The translations under genes and the position numbers were made by a program. A DNA stretch of 64,000 bases from Octopus sinensis (taxonomy: Eukaryota), in assembly GCF_006345805.1 (NCBI RefSeq), contig NC_042997.1, positions 162,750,001-162,814,000 of the forward strand, in the 5' to 3' direction. Below are positions 49,963-64,000 of the stretch, piece after piece. The notes beneath the pieces were generated by a model. It did no database searches, was not told the DNA's origin, and saw nothing but the letters and a program-made list of their open reading frames with translations. The first letter of the stretch is position 1. Each line of letters starts with the position of its first letter.

Positions 49963-51828
49963 TACTGCTTTTGATTGTGGAATTTTTGCTGCTGATAATG
50001 ATATGTAAAAATGCCCGTTAATAAATTGCATCTTTTTCAGAAAATAATTCTAAATGTAAACAAAACATCAATAGGAATAATATCGTTATTTCTGTTATTT
50101 TCTCCAAATTATAGCTTTTATTTCATCTGAAGATCCATTTGCTTCTTAAAACAATCTATAAGAAGATCAAACTTTTATCTTTTGTCTTTTATCTTTTACT
50201 TGTTTCAGTCATTGGATTGCGACCTTGCTGGAGTACCACCTTGAAAGGTTCCGTCGAACAAGTCGACCCTAGTATTTATTTTTATGTCTGATATTTTATT
50301 CTATTATTATTCATCGTATCGCCACCAATAAATTTGAAATTACCACATCAAAAACCACCTAAACTAACACCGTTATAGGAAATCATAACAGCTCATATCA
50401 GTCCTTCTTCCTCACAACACTACTCCCTCTAGAATTTCCCATGATTTTCTTGCAGCCTTTTGTAATTCTTCAAGAGAAACATTGTGTGAAATACATCAGT
50501 GTCGGAGGACCTGCGAAAGCCATGAGGCTCTCCCTCTTCCTGGAAGGCAAATCAAAAATAAATAAAATAAAATAAAAAGATTCTAAACTCAATTTTATAA
50601 ATAAAGCTCAGACTGTAGACCATTTTACATGAAACAAAAAAAATCTCCTTGAGCTATGATCTGTGTTTATGCATTTAAGAAAAGGATACCAAAATATATT
50701 TATGTCGCTTAGGCAAAATTTCAATTGGCGATTAATAAGTATTATATTTATACAAATAATAAGTTAACTGAAACGTAAATGCCAGAAACAGAAATAGCAG
50801 TGTGACAACTATATAATATTAAGGCATCAATTTAAATCTAGCCGCCGCAGTATTTTTTTTTAATGTATTCATTGCAGACCTTGCAACCTTTCACACCTTC
50901 AGGGCTTGGAGGCTGTTATGTTTTCTCTGGCACATTTCGAACAAAATTGAAACGAAAGGGCGTGGTTTTAATGGCGGGAAATAACGATTTGCACACTTTT
51001 TTTTCTTTCCTGAGCGTACTGTAAATTAAAGACGAATTTCTTGCTAGTGATTTAATGCTCATCTTAATTTTTGGTAAGTTCGACCGAAAAATAGGGAATG
51101 TTTTTACGATTTTCTTCCACATTTACGTTTGCAACCACCTCGAGGCCAACTAAAGATGCTTCAAAGTCAAATGAATAAATAAATAAAAATGAAGCCAGGA
51201 AACGAAAATTATTATTAAACCGCTGAGAAGAAAAAAAGCGTCTTTGATGTGTCTCTGTATCTCCTAGTCTAGAATTAAAAATACACGGATTTAGAACAAA
51301 AGAAATATCGCAAAATTCTTGAGATATCCATTAGAACTGACAATCAATTATATTTAAGTAGGTGGATTGTCTCATTAATAAACAGCACAAAGATTCTTTA
51401 TGGCAAGTTTTTGATATATTGTTATTTTGGATTTGAAAAGCAAAACACGAGACAGCTAAAATATCGTGGCATATATGTAGTGCTTTGGCACTTTCAGAGA
51501 TCTATTTGTTGGCGTATAATGAAGTTCTTTGGTACTTCTTGAAATCTATTGTCTTTGATTCGTTTCAGTCCTTAGACAGCGGCCATGCTGGGGCACCATC
51601 AAGAAGTCAACACTAATACTTTTATCTTTTCTAAGTGTCGTACTTAAACCGCAAAGTTACGGAGATGTAAACAAAGCAACACCGTTATCAAACGGTGGTG
51701 CGATAGACCAAACACAACACAACACACACATACACAGACTTAGATACAGGCACACATACATGCATACATACATACATACATACATACATACATGCATGCA
51801 TACATACATACATACATACATACATACA

Positions 51829-51859
<31 letters not shown>

Positions 51860-52029
51860 CTACAATAATAAATGCCAAAACGAATTTCTGTGTATCAGTG
51901 TGTCACACTTTGACCCCCTCTCTCACAATTCAATGACACTTCTACTACTCTTGCTGGGGTGAAAATAATGATCGGCATAGAGACGATGAGGGCGGTAGTA
52001 GATTAATAGTTGAGATCTCAGGACTTATT

Positions 52030-52329
52030 GTTTGTAAGCCTAGTACTTATTCTATCGGTCTGTTTTGCCGAAACGCTAAGTTAGGGGAACGTAAACACAC
52101 CAGCATCGGTTGCCTAGCGATATTGTAGGGGCTAAACACAGACACACAAACATATACACACACATACATATATACGACGGGCTTCTTTCAGTTTCCGTTT
52201 ACCAAATCCACTCACAAGGCTTTGGTTGGGCCGAAGCTATAGTAGAAGACACTTGCCCAAAGTGCCACGCAGTGAGACTGAACCCGAAACCATGTGGTTG
52301 GTAAGCAAGCTACTTACCTCCCCGCATAT

Positions 52330-52382
<53 letters not shown>

Positions 52383-52525
52383 GACGAGATTTGTTCAGTT
52401 TCCGTCTATCAAACCAACTCAAAAAGCTTTGGTTGGTCCGGTATAATAGTGGAAGACACTTGCCCAAGTTTCCACGCAGTTCTGAACCCAAACCATTTAG
52501 AGGGAAGCAACAGAGCCATGTATAC
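52030..52525 (-). mobile_element. Family K SINE (52030-52325) plus second partial head (52380-52525)
   Basis: Two repeats of ttcagtttccgt.taccaaa.c.actca.aa.gctttggttgg. Confidence 0.8.
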
Positions 52526-52890
52526 GTATATGAAATGATTTTATAATAAATTTCTAGCATGAATTTGAATCTTTGGAACTTTTAAGAATCCATTCCTACC
52601 ATATAACGTAGTTCCTTTGGTGTTTCTAGAAATCTCCTTGGTGAAATCTGTTATGTATTTCTTTGTCTCTTTTATAAATCAATCTCTCTGTTGTTTAGTT
52701 CAATTTCAGCCCTGATCAAGCGCATCTTTGATCAAGTACTTTCCAAACGTGACTATCCTGTCCTTCAGTATTACAGTCATGATGTATCTAAAGCTATAAT
52801 ATACAATGTGCCATGCACTTCCTGAAGACGAATTCAGTGAGTTGAAGAAAATTTGGTTGTTGTTCCTTGCAATTCTAGTCATCACGTAGA

Positions 52891-53070
52891 GTCTGTCCGT
52901 CCGTTCATCTGTCTGTCCGTCCGTTCATCTGTCTGTCCGTCCGTTCATCTGTCTGTCCGTCCGTTCATCTGTCTGTCCGTCCGTTCATCTGTCTGTCCGT
53001 CCGTTCATCTGTCTGTTCGTCCGTTCATCTGTCTGTTCGTCCGTTCATCTGTCTGTCCGTCCGTTCATCT
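52891..53070. repeat. 20-bp tandem repeat (GTCTGTCCGTCCGTTCATCT) x9
   Basis: Exact period of 20. Units at 53011 and 53031 share a C>T change. Confidence 0.95.
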
Positions 53071-53677
53071 GGCTGTCTGTCTATCTGCCTGCCTTGGAAT
53101 CTTTTTATCTTCCACCCCATGGAGAATGGTTCTAGTGTCTTTCACGATTTTCGAACTTATTCAATTTGAACTTATTCAAATTCTGCTTTTAGATTTAAAC
53201 ATCTATACAAAAAGATTTTGTCCCGTAATCTTAGTTAATCATAGATTCTTCAACTCATGCGTGAGTTGCAAGTATGTGAGACCATAGAGTTTGTACTGTT
53301 TATGAACAAAAATAGAAATTGAGGGAAATATCTATTTCGATTGTTACCTAAAGATGCTTGACATTTGCTACGTTTGTTAAGTTAAATTCGTTACCCTTAC
53401 AAAACAGACATGAAATCTCGTGGCGTATAGATACACAAATAAACACACACACACATTTGCATACATTCGTAAACAACCAAGTACGAACAGATGTACACAC
53501 TTGGGTGTATGCTTCGACAATTCAGCCAACATGCCAACTCAACCACATATTTACAAATACCGGGAACTTTCTTAACTCAAAAAGGCTTGTTGCTTTGTTA
53601 GCGACTGGCTTGAACTTTTTCAAGAATTTAAATTATACATACATACATACATACATACATACATACATACATACATA

Positions 53678-53725
<48 letters not shown>

Positions 53726-54169
53726 TACACATGTTGGTCGTCCCACCTTCATAGACGATTGTCATCTCTTTGTGCATCCGCGTTGTCAATGGTATTTCTG
53801 ACTTTCCTTTTATGTCTTCTCAGATGACTATTCAGTCCCAGTGCAAATCCGCGCAATTTTAAGAATATCTGACAGATGAATGTGGTAATCCAATAGGTTC
53901 CAATAGGTTAAGTCTGCATACGTCTGCCTATCAATAGGTTAGGTTTGCATACGTCGCAACACTTCATCGCCAAAGGAATTTATGTAGATGGAATGACAAA
54001 TGGGATCAACATAAAAAGACATCACTACGTAAATACAACATAATACTCTGCGTGTCCGTCATTAGTACCCGGTGACAAGCCAAAGCCAGATGATCAGTAA
54101 TCACGTGCAAACGCAGACGCAGGGTTTACAACAGAGTGTTCCAATCCAAGAAGGATTCTTTGACAACAG

Positions 54170-54230
<61 letters not shown>

Positions 54231-54261
54231 AATCTATCTATCTATCTATCTCTCCCTATAT

Positions 54262-54324
<63 letters not shown>

Positions 54325-54334
54325 ATCCAAAAAA

Positions 54335-54525
54335 GAAAGCACAAAAAACACAACAACGCGAGGACATGGAACAAATATAGTATTATTGGACGCTCAGGAA
54401 AGAAGGAAAGAAGGAGGGTTTAACGTTTCGAGCGGAGCTCTTCGTCGGAAACATAGGAGAAGGAAAGATCCAGAGAAGGAAGACAGAGGGAAAAAATCAC
54501 CAGCAGTACACACGCGGTCACATTT
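54335..54525 (-). mobile_element. Short PLE-derived repeat (family B) with hammerhead-like motif at 54418-54452
   Basis: Minus strand GTTT-CCGACGA-A-GAGC tcc GCTC-GAAACGTT-AAAC. Confidence 0.65.
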
Positions 54526-54611
54526 TGAATGTATATATATATATATATATATATACACATACATATATATACATACAAACATATATATATAATATATATA
54601 TTATATATTAT

Positions 54612-54644
<33 letters not shown>

Positions 54645-55252
54645 TCATTTAATTAAAGACAATCATGATGTCCCGATGAGACTCTCAATCCCTGAAATAA
54701 TAAAATTTTGACTAGTTTATAATCGTCCAAGACTTTAAGCATTCCGTCAACCTTTTAGTATTTTAGAGTTGCTAAGAGTGAAGTTAGCTGTAAAAATGAT
54801 TGTATAGAACCTTTAGATATGAACATATAAAACTTTTTAAAGAAACGCAATTGTAATATATTCTAAGCACATCTAACATGATTTTGTATTGGCCGCTGTT
54901 GTGGGTTTTGTTTTGAGAAAAAACAATAAAAACGAAAACCAACACTCTTTGTCTATCTATATTATATTTATACATTATATATATATATATAAACACATAC
55001 ATACAAAAGCACACACACACTCATACATTGATACATATAGACACACACACAATTATATACATGCGTATATATAATTATGCATACATGTATAACTTCCTGT
55101 AACTTCTCTTAATTTATCCAGTTACAGTATTTCGCCCTTGTCATTCACCCAACATCTAACATCTACTAACGTCGTAACCCTGTTTTCTTACTATACTATC
55201 ATACATATACATATACATGCATACATACATATATACATACATACATACATAC

Positions 55253-55284
<32 letters not shown>

Positions 55285-55371
55285 ATATTTTACATACATA
55301 TAAATATATATGCCTTTATGTACATATATATGCACACACACATATTTAAATGCATACATACTTATATATAT

Positions 55372-55600
55372 TTCTTTACTGCCCAGAAGGGGCTAAACGT
55401 AGAGGGGACAAACAAGGACAGACAAAGGGAGTAAGTCGATTACATCGACCCCAGTGCGAAACTGGTACTTTATTTATCGACCCCGAACGGATGAAAGGTA
55501 AAGTCGACCTCGGCGGAATTTGAACTCAGAACGTAACGACAGACGAAATACCGCTAAGCATTTCGCCCGGCGCGCTAACGTTTCTGCCAGCTCGCCGCCA
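55372..55600 (-). mobile_element. SINE family M, young full-length
   Basis: Close match to 47950-48182. Confidence 0.9.
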
Positions 55601-55794
55601 TACATGCATACATATACAGACACACATCTGCACACACTAACACATGTTCCTGCAACGACGAAGAAGAAATGGAAATGATAGCTATTGGATAATTCTGGTA
55701 GTCGCAGCCTCATCTGCTCATGTAAGCGGCCACTCGTCCTCATGATTTTCGGTCACAAAGAACTGCCATCATCATCATCATATCATCATCATCA

Positions 55795-55841
<47 letters not shown>

Positions 55842-55924
55842 CGTCGTCGTCGTAGTCGTCGTCGTCGTAGTCGTCGTCGTCGTAGTCGTCGTCATCGTCA
55901 TCGTCGCCATCATCATCATCGATA

Positions 55925-55957
<33 letters not shown>

Positions 55958-58060
55958 ATGTATGTATGTATGTATGTATGTATGTATATACGGCATTGAT
56001 AAAATTCAGTAAATATGCATGGTATTTTATACTTTATAAAGCATACACTAATTTCGACAAATTGACTGCCAAGATTACTTAATTGCTAGTTGGACATTTA
56101 TTTATATAATATTATCTTCAATATATACACACGCATATTCTCATTCCTCTTCTTAAATTTTACATTCCTCTTCTTAAATTTTTCGCTGTGCAAAATCTTT
56201 TCGGACCTGAATTGCATCGTTTTCACACGGTTACACGCTTTTTTGAGCAAAGAACAAGGAGTGAGTGATAATGGGGAAAAATGTATGAAGGGCGCTTGAT
56301 AAGGCTGAAGGCTGTGTCGAAAGGAATTCAGCGAACTAATCAATTAGGTAATTAATGTATTAATTATTTATCTAATTATTTAATGGGTTAATATCACTGA
56401 AGTGAAATAGAACCGATCAACCAGCGTGTGTGTTTATATTTGCAATATGAGACTTTCTTAAAGAACGAAATAGTTGTTTGAACACGGAATTTTGCATCTG
56501 GAATCTTACGGAACAAATACAAATATGTTGTGTGTGTGTGTGTGTGTGTGTGCGTTCATGTGTGTGTGCGTGCGTGTGTGTGTGTTTGAGTGTATGTGTG
56601 TGTGTATGTGTATGTGTGTGTATGTGTGTGTAAGTGTGTGTGTGTGCGTGCATGTGTGTGTGCGTGCGTGTGTGTGTGTGTGTGTTTGAGTGTATGTGTG
56701 TGTATGTGTATGTGTGTGTGCGCGTGTGCGCGTGTGTGTGTGTGTGCGTGCGTGTGTGTGTTTAGATATTACTTGGTGTCTTTTTACGTTTCCAGCTGTT
56801 CTTGGATTACAGAAACACGAACTGGTTATCATTTCAGATTTTGTGAAATGTTAATTCTGGTGCTTATCTTTTCAACGAAATGCCGCTTTTCGCGCCTCCA
56901 GTTCCCTTGTTGCAAATAATAAACTGGAAATAACAAGTTTCCAGCCACGAGTTACAATCAAAGGGAACATTGAACAAAATAATAGTGCTCAAACATATTG
57001 AAATAGTTTGATATGTATACTCAATTACAGGTGTTTTGAAGAATGTATGTAAGTGCCGCTTAGACATATGTTCATATGTTCATACCGGTATGTAGGTATG
57101 AAGATATATATAGAAGTATATGTGTGAATATGAAGATACAGTGTTTAGAGGAATGTATATAAGTGCAGCTTAGCTATATGTGAATGACTGTATGAGTATA
57201 TGAACATATATAAAAGTATATGTAGGAATATAAAGATACAGTGAATAGATATGTATATGTGTTGTTCAGACATTAAATGATAAAAGGAAGAAAAAGATTA
57301 ATTCAAAAAGAATCTAATTTTACAGTGTTCAGTGTTTAGTGGTGATGGAGGTTGTCATCTTCTAAATTACAAGGTAGCGGCAGTTATTTGGAAACTGATA
57401 ACCACGAACGGAAGTAGCCGAACCTTAAATTAAAGTCACTCGGCTTTACTGTAAAGAGTTAGACTCTTACTGTAGTTAATCAGGAATATTTCTCGCCATA
57501 ATCAGTGTTACCAGCTTAAGGTTCATTAGCGCTGCTTACTAGAAAACTGTCTGAATGTGGTGTTTTCTAAAGCTGGGGAATCGGGTGCTGTCCAATAAAA
57601 TGATATCACTCTATGATTATTCTGATACACCGCTTACAAAATGTCTTGCGGTTGATAAAAGAACACATTACTTTAAAATATAGTGTCGTTGTTTAAGATA
57701 AAGTTTAGTAGAGCGTCCGAAATCTTCAAATAAACGGAGCGTTTCTTGGAAAATCTGAATGCTTTGTATTTAATGTGTAACAGAAATTCCTTAGCATTCT
57801 TACAGAGAATGGTATTTCATTTTAGTTCGTTTTGAATACATTAAGAAACACTTTAGCAATACTAAAATAAACTAGCTCTGATGAGCTAATGACGATGTCT
57901 TGTAGTGGTTACTCGACTTGCCAGAAATAGCAACAAATATTTGTGTGCGTGCGTCTGTTTGAGGATGTAATTATATGTGTAATTTTGAAATGATCGAATA
58001 TATTAAAATATGAGGCTACTAGGTCACGGTTTTAAGCTTAAATATTCTACAGACATTAAA

Positions 58061-58291
58061 AGGCGGCGAGCTGGCAGAAACGTTAGCACGCCGGGCTAAA
58101 TGCGTAGCCGTATTTCGTCTGTCGATACGTTCCGAGTTCAAATTCCGCCGAGGTCGACTTTGCCTGTCATCCTTTCTGGGGCGATTAAATAAGTACCAGT
58201 TACGCACTGGGGTCGATGTAATCGACTTAATCCCTTTGTCTGTCTTTGTGTGTCCCCTCTGTGTTTAGCCCCTTGTGGGTAGTAAAGAAAT
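58061..58291 (+). mobile_element. SINE family M, full-length with ~18-bp TSD
   Basis: atatt(c/t)tacagacattaa at 58042-58059 and 58292-58309. Confidence 0.92.
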
Positions 58292-59361
58292 ATATTTTAC
58301 AGACATTAATGCGTGTTTCAATTTGCATAGCATGCTGGAAGTGCGTATTTGATTTGCTGGAGAGGTAAATTCCTTACTTATCAGTTTAATAGCACTTGAG
58401 CTAAGCACCAGGTTTCTTAGTTTTGTGAATCATTGAGAATAGTTTAACACATAAGGATCTCACGGGTTCGAGAGTGAGTAAACCCGTTGATCTACATACT
58501 TATTGATATATAGTGTAAATGGCTTAGGTTGGTGGGAGGAGAGGAAAAAATTAGCCTCAGACTTAGAGATATAACTCAAACGCTTGCGGTACAGTGCACC
58601 TAATAACAACAACGATTCTTCTGGCCGGTTTTCACACTATTCCAGTCAAGCAAATTTCACTTACAAGACTTCGAGCGATCTGAGAATATGGTAGAAAACA
58701 TTTGCTCAAAGTATTGCGGTGTGCGAGCAAACCCGAAATACGATACATATAAAAGGAAACCTTTTAAACTCGGTTACTTGGATATAGGCCGAAACGTTTT
58801 AGAGACAATAACTATGGGAAGAATTTTCTCTAAGACAAAATCTCTCAGCGAATGCCGTTAGCATTCGAATATGCAGAAACGAGTTGATAACAATAGTGCA
58901 CATATTTATTTGATCATCTCTGCTTCATGCGCTTATACTATCTATCTACATGCATGCATGCATGCATGTATGTATGTATGTATGTATGTATGTATGTATG
59001 CATGTATGCATGCATGCATGCATGCATGTATGTATGTATGTATGTATGTATGTATGTATGTATGTATGTATGTACGTATGCATGTATGTCTCTTCTATAT
59101 TTTAATTCTTATAAATCTTCCGACAAAGATACAAGTCCCCATCTTTGAGATGTAGTTAACACAGACAAATTCACATTTGGAACTTGAGGAAAGTCTTGCA
59201 TATTTATACTGTTCCACTCACAAATTGGACTTGTAATGTACGAATCAGCCGGTGAATTTCTCTCTCTGAAAATCCCAGTTTATACAAGATTCTCCTTTAA
59301 GCTTATGCATGTATGTATGTATGTATGTATGAACGCCTGCATGCATCTCTTTCTCTCTCAC

Positions 59362-59427
<66 letters not shown>

Positions 59428-59463
59428 TAGATGTGCGCATGTGTGTACATACATATATTATCA

Positions 59464-59514
<51 letters not shown>

Positions 59515-59516
<2 letters not shown>

Positions 59517-61261
59517 TTGACTTTTGCTTTATATTTGTACAAGTTGGCTCCAAGTCTCACCCGGAGACCTCAAGAGACAACAGGTTGGAAGTTCACGTTG
59601 TTGTTATGCCTAGTGTGCCATGTATTTGGTTGTTTTTTGTGTTGTACTAGTGGATGTCTAAAAAAATGTTTGTTTTAAACCTTAAGATTACATAGAAAGT
59701 ATTTTGCGTAGGATATGAGCAGTTCCCATGAGCACTATCTTTTGAACTTCTGCCATTTTGGGGTTTCCTGGTATCTGAGTTAGGTAGCAATCAGCCCCTT
59801 TTGCTATCATTCCCAGGGCACCTATGACAACAGGTATTGTTTTAGTCTTCAGGTTCCACATTTTGCTGATTTCTATTTCAAGATCTTTATATTTGCTCAG
59901 TTTTTGGTAGGTCTTGACAGATACGTTTATATCGATTGGGACAGTCATATCAATGAGGAGGCATGTTCTTTGTTTGAAGTCTTTCAATATGATGTCTGGC
60001 CTATTTGCATCTATCTTTCTGTCAGTTTGAATGTCAGTTTCAAGCACTGGGGGTGGTTTGTGTTCCCACCAGTTTTTTTCATGGGGCAAATCCAGGTTTT
60101 TGCAGATTACCCAGTGAATATATTGTGCAGCTCTATCATGCCTGTTGAGATACTCTGCAGGCGCTAGAAGACTGCACTTGGAGACCACATGATCAATGGT
60201 TTCATTTTATTGCTGGCATACACGACACGTTGGACTACTGCCAATCTTTAATATGTTGGCCGGGTAGTTTCTTGTTGGTAGGCATTGATCTTGAGCTGCT
60301 ATGATAAACCCCACTGTTTCAGATTTTAAGCCAGAGGCCATTAGCCATTGATGGGTCAGGGCTTTGTCAACATCTGCATTATTCGCTCTCTTTGGGTATT
60401 TGCCATAGAGAGGTTTTTCTTGCCATTTATCATTCAGAATATCTAAGGCCGCAGATTTAGCACTGGTTTTCATGCGCTTAGCTTTTTCTGTGCCTGTTTC
60501 TTGTATGTCTATCTCTAATTCCGAAATGTGTTGTATTCGGAATTCACTTAGATATTCCTTTGCTTGTTTTGTTACTGAGTATGATGCTTTCTTGTTTTCA
60601 TGTTTTGAGACAAGTTTTAACATCCAGTCATAGGTGTCTAGGCCAATTGTAGCAATCTTCATTGTTATTGCCAGTTGTAAAAGTCCACGGCCTCCCTCTT
60701 TTCTTGGCAGATAAAGTCGTTCTGTATCTGCCTTAGGGTGGTGCATTCTATGTATTGTCAACAGTTTTCGTATTTTTCTGTCAAGATTACATATTTCAGT
60801 AATTGACCAGGTAACGATATTGAAACTGTAAGTCACGACTGGTATGGCTAAAGCATTGATCGCTTCGATCTTGTTTCTCGCATTCAGCTCTGTCTTGAGT
60901 ATCGCTCTTACTCTGCAATAACATTCTCTCCTGATCCTTTCCTTCATCTCTGAATGCCTTATTCCGTCTCCTTCAATTACCCCTAGATACTTGTAGTTCT
61001 CCGCTGGGTCTAATTCTTTTATGACATTCTGCTGGTCAAGGTTAACGTTAGATGTTTCTGTCATTTTCCCTTTGATAAAGGTAGCTTTTGCACATTTATC
61101 GAGGCCGAATTGCATTCTGATGTCATCACTGAATTGTTTGACAATCGCTAGTAAGCCCTTGAGTTGTTGGTCATTTTTGCAAAGAGCTTTAAATCATCCA
61201 TGTAAATGAGATGATTTATATTTTTATCAAACATTTTATATCCGTACTGCGCGTCATTGAG

Positions 61262-61262
<1 letters not shown>
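59515..61262 (-). mobile_element. RLE-type (R4/Dong-like) LINE, 5'-truncated within RT, between (TAA)n tracts
   Basis: NHLIYMDDLKLFAK (YMDD ~61193-61204), FGLDKC, YKYLGV, HHPKADTERLYLPRKEGGRGL, CRVCQQ..DH(M)VSKC and RPDII..LID..VP..KLSKYKDL. Stop at 59688, 3'UTR, (AAT)n tail 59465-59512. Confidence 0.93.
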
Positions 61263-61319
<57 letters not shown>

Positions 61320-61369
61320 GCTACTATTAATAACAAGATCAGTAACAACAACAACAATGATAATCCTTT

Positions 61370-61578
61370 CTACTATAGTCAGAAGGTCTGAAATTCTGGG
61401 GGAGAGAGCTAGTCGATTACATCGACCTCAGTATGTAACTGGTACTTATTTCAAAGAGCTCGAAACGATGAAAGGCAATGTCAACCTCGACGGAAATTGA
61501 ACTCAGTAAGTAAAATCAAAGAAATACAGGTAAGCATTTTCTCCGGCACGCTAATGATTTTACCTGCACACCGCTTTC
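61370..61578 (-). mobile_element. SINE family M, old copy
   Basis: Antisense central domain and head visible. Confidence 0.7.
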
Positions 61579-62254
61579 TTTAGTGCTTTATTAACTAATA
61601 TGGTAGTGTCTGTATTTACCGACGCATAGAATTTTGCACAGCATACATAATATCCACTTTTCTTTTTCTCACTCTCACCCTCTCTCGCATTTCTCGACAC
61701 TTCTTTCATTCTCATCCCTTTCCCTCCTCCTTTACCTCAGTCTGTCCCTTTCCGTTTTTTGCTCTCTTTCTCGTCCCTCCCTAATTCTTCAATCCCTCTT
61801 TCAACTACCTCTCTTCTCCCCGTCTATGCGACCGGTGTTCGGCCAAGCCTGACCTTTCTTTCCTGCTCGTACTGCGGATTCCTGCTCGTACTTCAGACGA
61901 AAATTGGCACGAGTCTCGGTTCATACAACAGATTATTCGTACAATGGAGTACTCGTACTGCGAGGTTCTACTGTATATATATATACATACAAAACCTAGT
62001 CCCTTGGCTACACCAACGCACCCAGACACACTCCACTTCACCACCTCCTTTTCTCATACACACACGCACACACGCACATACACACACATACCCATGCGCT
62101 CGCGCGCGCACACACACACACACACACATTCCCACTCCGTCTGCACACACACGTCAACACACACACACACACACACACACCCACACACATTCTCTGACCA
62201 TCTTCATACTCTCCTGTCCCAGAAATCCCTTTCTCTTTCTTCCACTTCCGGTCA

Positions 62255-62460
62255 CTTCAGAAATGTAACCGTACGTGGATTCTTGGTGATTTTTTTCCAT
62301 CTTTCTCTTTGGAATTTTCTCTTTCCGACGAAGAGCTATACTTGAAACGTTAATAACTCTCTCCTTTCCCGAAGCGTCAAATTAATACATTTCTTGTACA
62401 CGTCCTCACGTTCATTTTTTTCTACTTTGCGCCGTATTTTAATTGTTTGTTTTTTAATTG
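62255..62460 (+). mobile_element. Short PLE-derived repeat (family B), diverged; hammerhead-like motif at 62322-62355
   Basis: TTT-CCGACGA-AGAGctataCTT-GAAACGTT-AAT, downstream gcgtc..ttaatac. Confidence 0.55.
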
Positions 62461-62464
62461 ACTA

Positions 62465-62637
62465 TATTTATAGACGACGGGCTTCTTTCAGTTTCCGTCC
62501 ACTAAATCCACTCACAAGTCTTTGGTCGGCTCGAGGCTATAGTAGAAGACACTTGCACAAAGTATCAGACAGGAGGACTGAAACCGAATCATGTGGTTGG
62601 GAAGGAAGCTTCTTACCACACAGCCATACCTGCGCAC
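62465..62637 (-). mobile_element. SINE family K head fragment
   Basis: gacgggcttctttcagtttccgtc..gaggctatagtagaagacacttgc. Confidence 0.8.
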
Positions 62638-62929
62638 ATATGTGTGTGTATGTATGTGTGTGTGTGCGTGTATGTATATGCATACATATATATATACTCT
62701 CGTACGTACATAGAAATATACATATAAAATAACTATAAACGCATACATGCACACATACATTTATATATATATCATATACAAATATATAATCTATACACAC
62801 ACAAAGCACATTCTTCATTCTAATGTTCCAACTTATTGCCTGGAAGTATAATATAATAATAAGTAATAATATACATTTCATACATATACAGATAAACATA
62901 CATACATGTATTCATACATACACATATAT

Positions 62930-63312
<383 letters not shown>

Positions 63313-63847
63313 TATGTATATATTCGGCCATTATTTCTTCTAATGTTCCAAGTTATTGCCTTAAAGTAAAACGGAATAGTAATACATGTATGTGTGCATG
63401 TATATATATATATATATAAGTTTGTGTGTGTGTGTGTGGTGTGTGTGTTTGCGCGTACTTGCATATATAACCTTCAATTACGGTCACTTTTAGACAATCA
63501 ACAAAGGAAATTTCATCCTAAAACGTTAAACCCATTCAATGTGAATAACAATCGCCTGAAACGTTGCTTCCAAACTTTGGTTGTTGTGTTTTTTTTTATT
63601 ATATTTTATATTTATTACTATTTTATTTCTATTAGTTTTATATTTTGGTGTTTCTCTTGTCTTTCAATGAGTTTCTTATTTCCGATTTTTTTTCTCTATC
63701 TTAACCCAACACTTCACGAAATTCTTTACATCAATGTTCTTGTCAAGTAATTCCCTTTATTTACATTGTGAATTTGCTTCAATACATTCATACTTTCTCG
63801 TGTTTACGCACACTGGCTGTGACGCCCCTACCATTTATGTAGTCGTC

Positions 63848-63860
63848 TGTCTATCTATCC

Positions 63861-63942
<82 letters not shown>

Positions 63943-63943
63943 A

Positions 63944-63980
<37 letters not shown>

Positions 63981-64000
63981 TTCTATCTGTCTGCCTGCCT
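63848..64000. repeat. (CTAT)n/(CTGT)n microsatellite
   Basis: Directly visible. Confidence 0.95.

Noticed and set aside
52891-53070. Regular short repeats as a CRISPR array (also 21793-21867, 3590-3860)
   Set aside because: No unique spacers and no cas genes. These are eukaryotic minisatellites.
53823-53882. Possible exon after ttttatgtcttctcAG
   Set aside because: All three frames stop before the nearest donor, and there is no homology to support a terminal exon.
57878-57900. CTGATGAG at 57878 (also 46472 and antisense 25306) as hammerhead cores
   Set aside because: No correctly placed GAAA or stem III follows. A 7-mer is expected several times by chance in 64 kb.
58446-58492. Hairpin containing AACCCGTTGATC (miR-100-like words)
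   Set aside because: Only ~11 nt resemble miR-100, on the wrong arm, and the 11-bp stem is too short for a pre-miRNA.

Overview
Eukaryotic, AT-rich, microsatellite-dense, repeat-dominated DNA. The SINE families resemble those I recognise from Octopus (inference, no database search). I can support no intact host protein-coding gene. Almost all ORFs in the supplied track are translations of simple repeats or decayed transposons, and one 60-nt candidate exon (24994-25053) is the only gene-like signal. Contents: (i) many tRNA-derived SINEs of at least four families; (ii) six decayed RLE-type (R4/Dong-like) LINE segments, five abutting (TAA)n/(AAC)n microsatellites, two of them a 1527-bp tandem duplicate; (iii) Tx1/L1-like, CR1-like, Gypsy-like, Tigger/pogo and maT/mariner remnants plus two TA-flanked MITEs; (iv) a tRNA-Cys pseudogene; (v) minisatellites and tandem arrays. 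The most interesting signal is RNA-level. At least seven hammerhead-ribozyme-like motifs sit in short non-coding Penelope-like elements. One (368-443, +) has all three hammerhead strands with complementary partners but in a non-circularly permuted order. All ribozyme calls are from manual base-pairing only and need folding, covariation and cleavage tests. Repeat boundaries are approximate (+/-10-30 nt) unless a TSD or TIR is cited.
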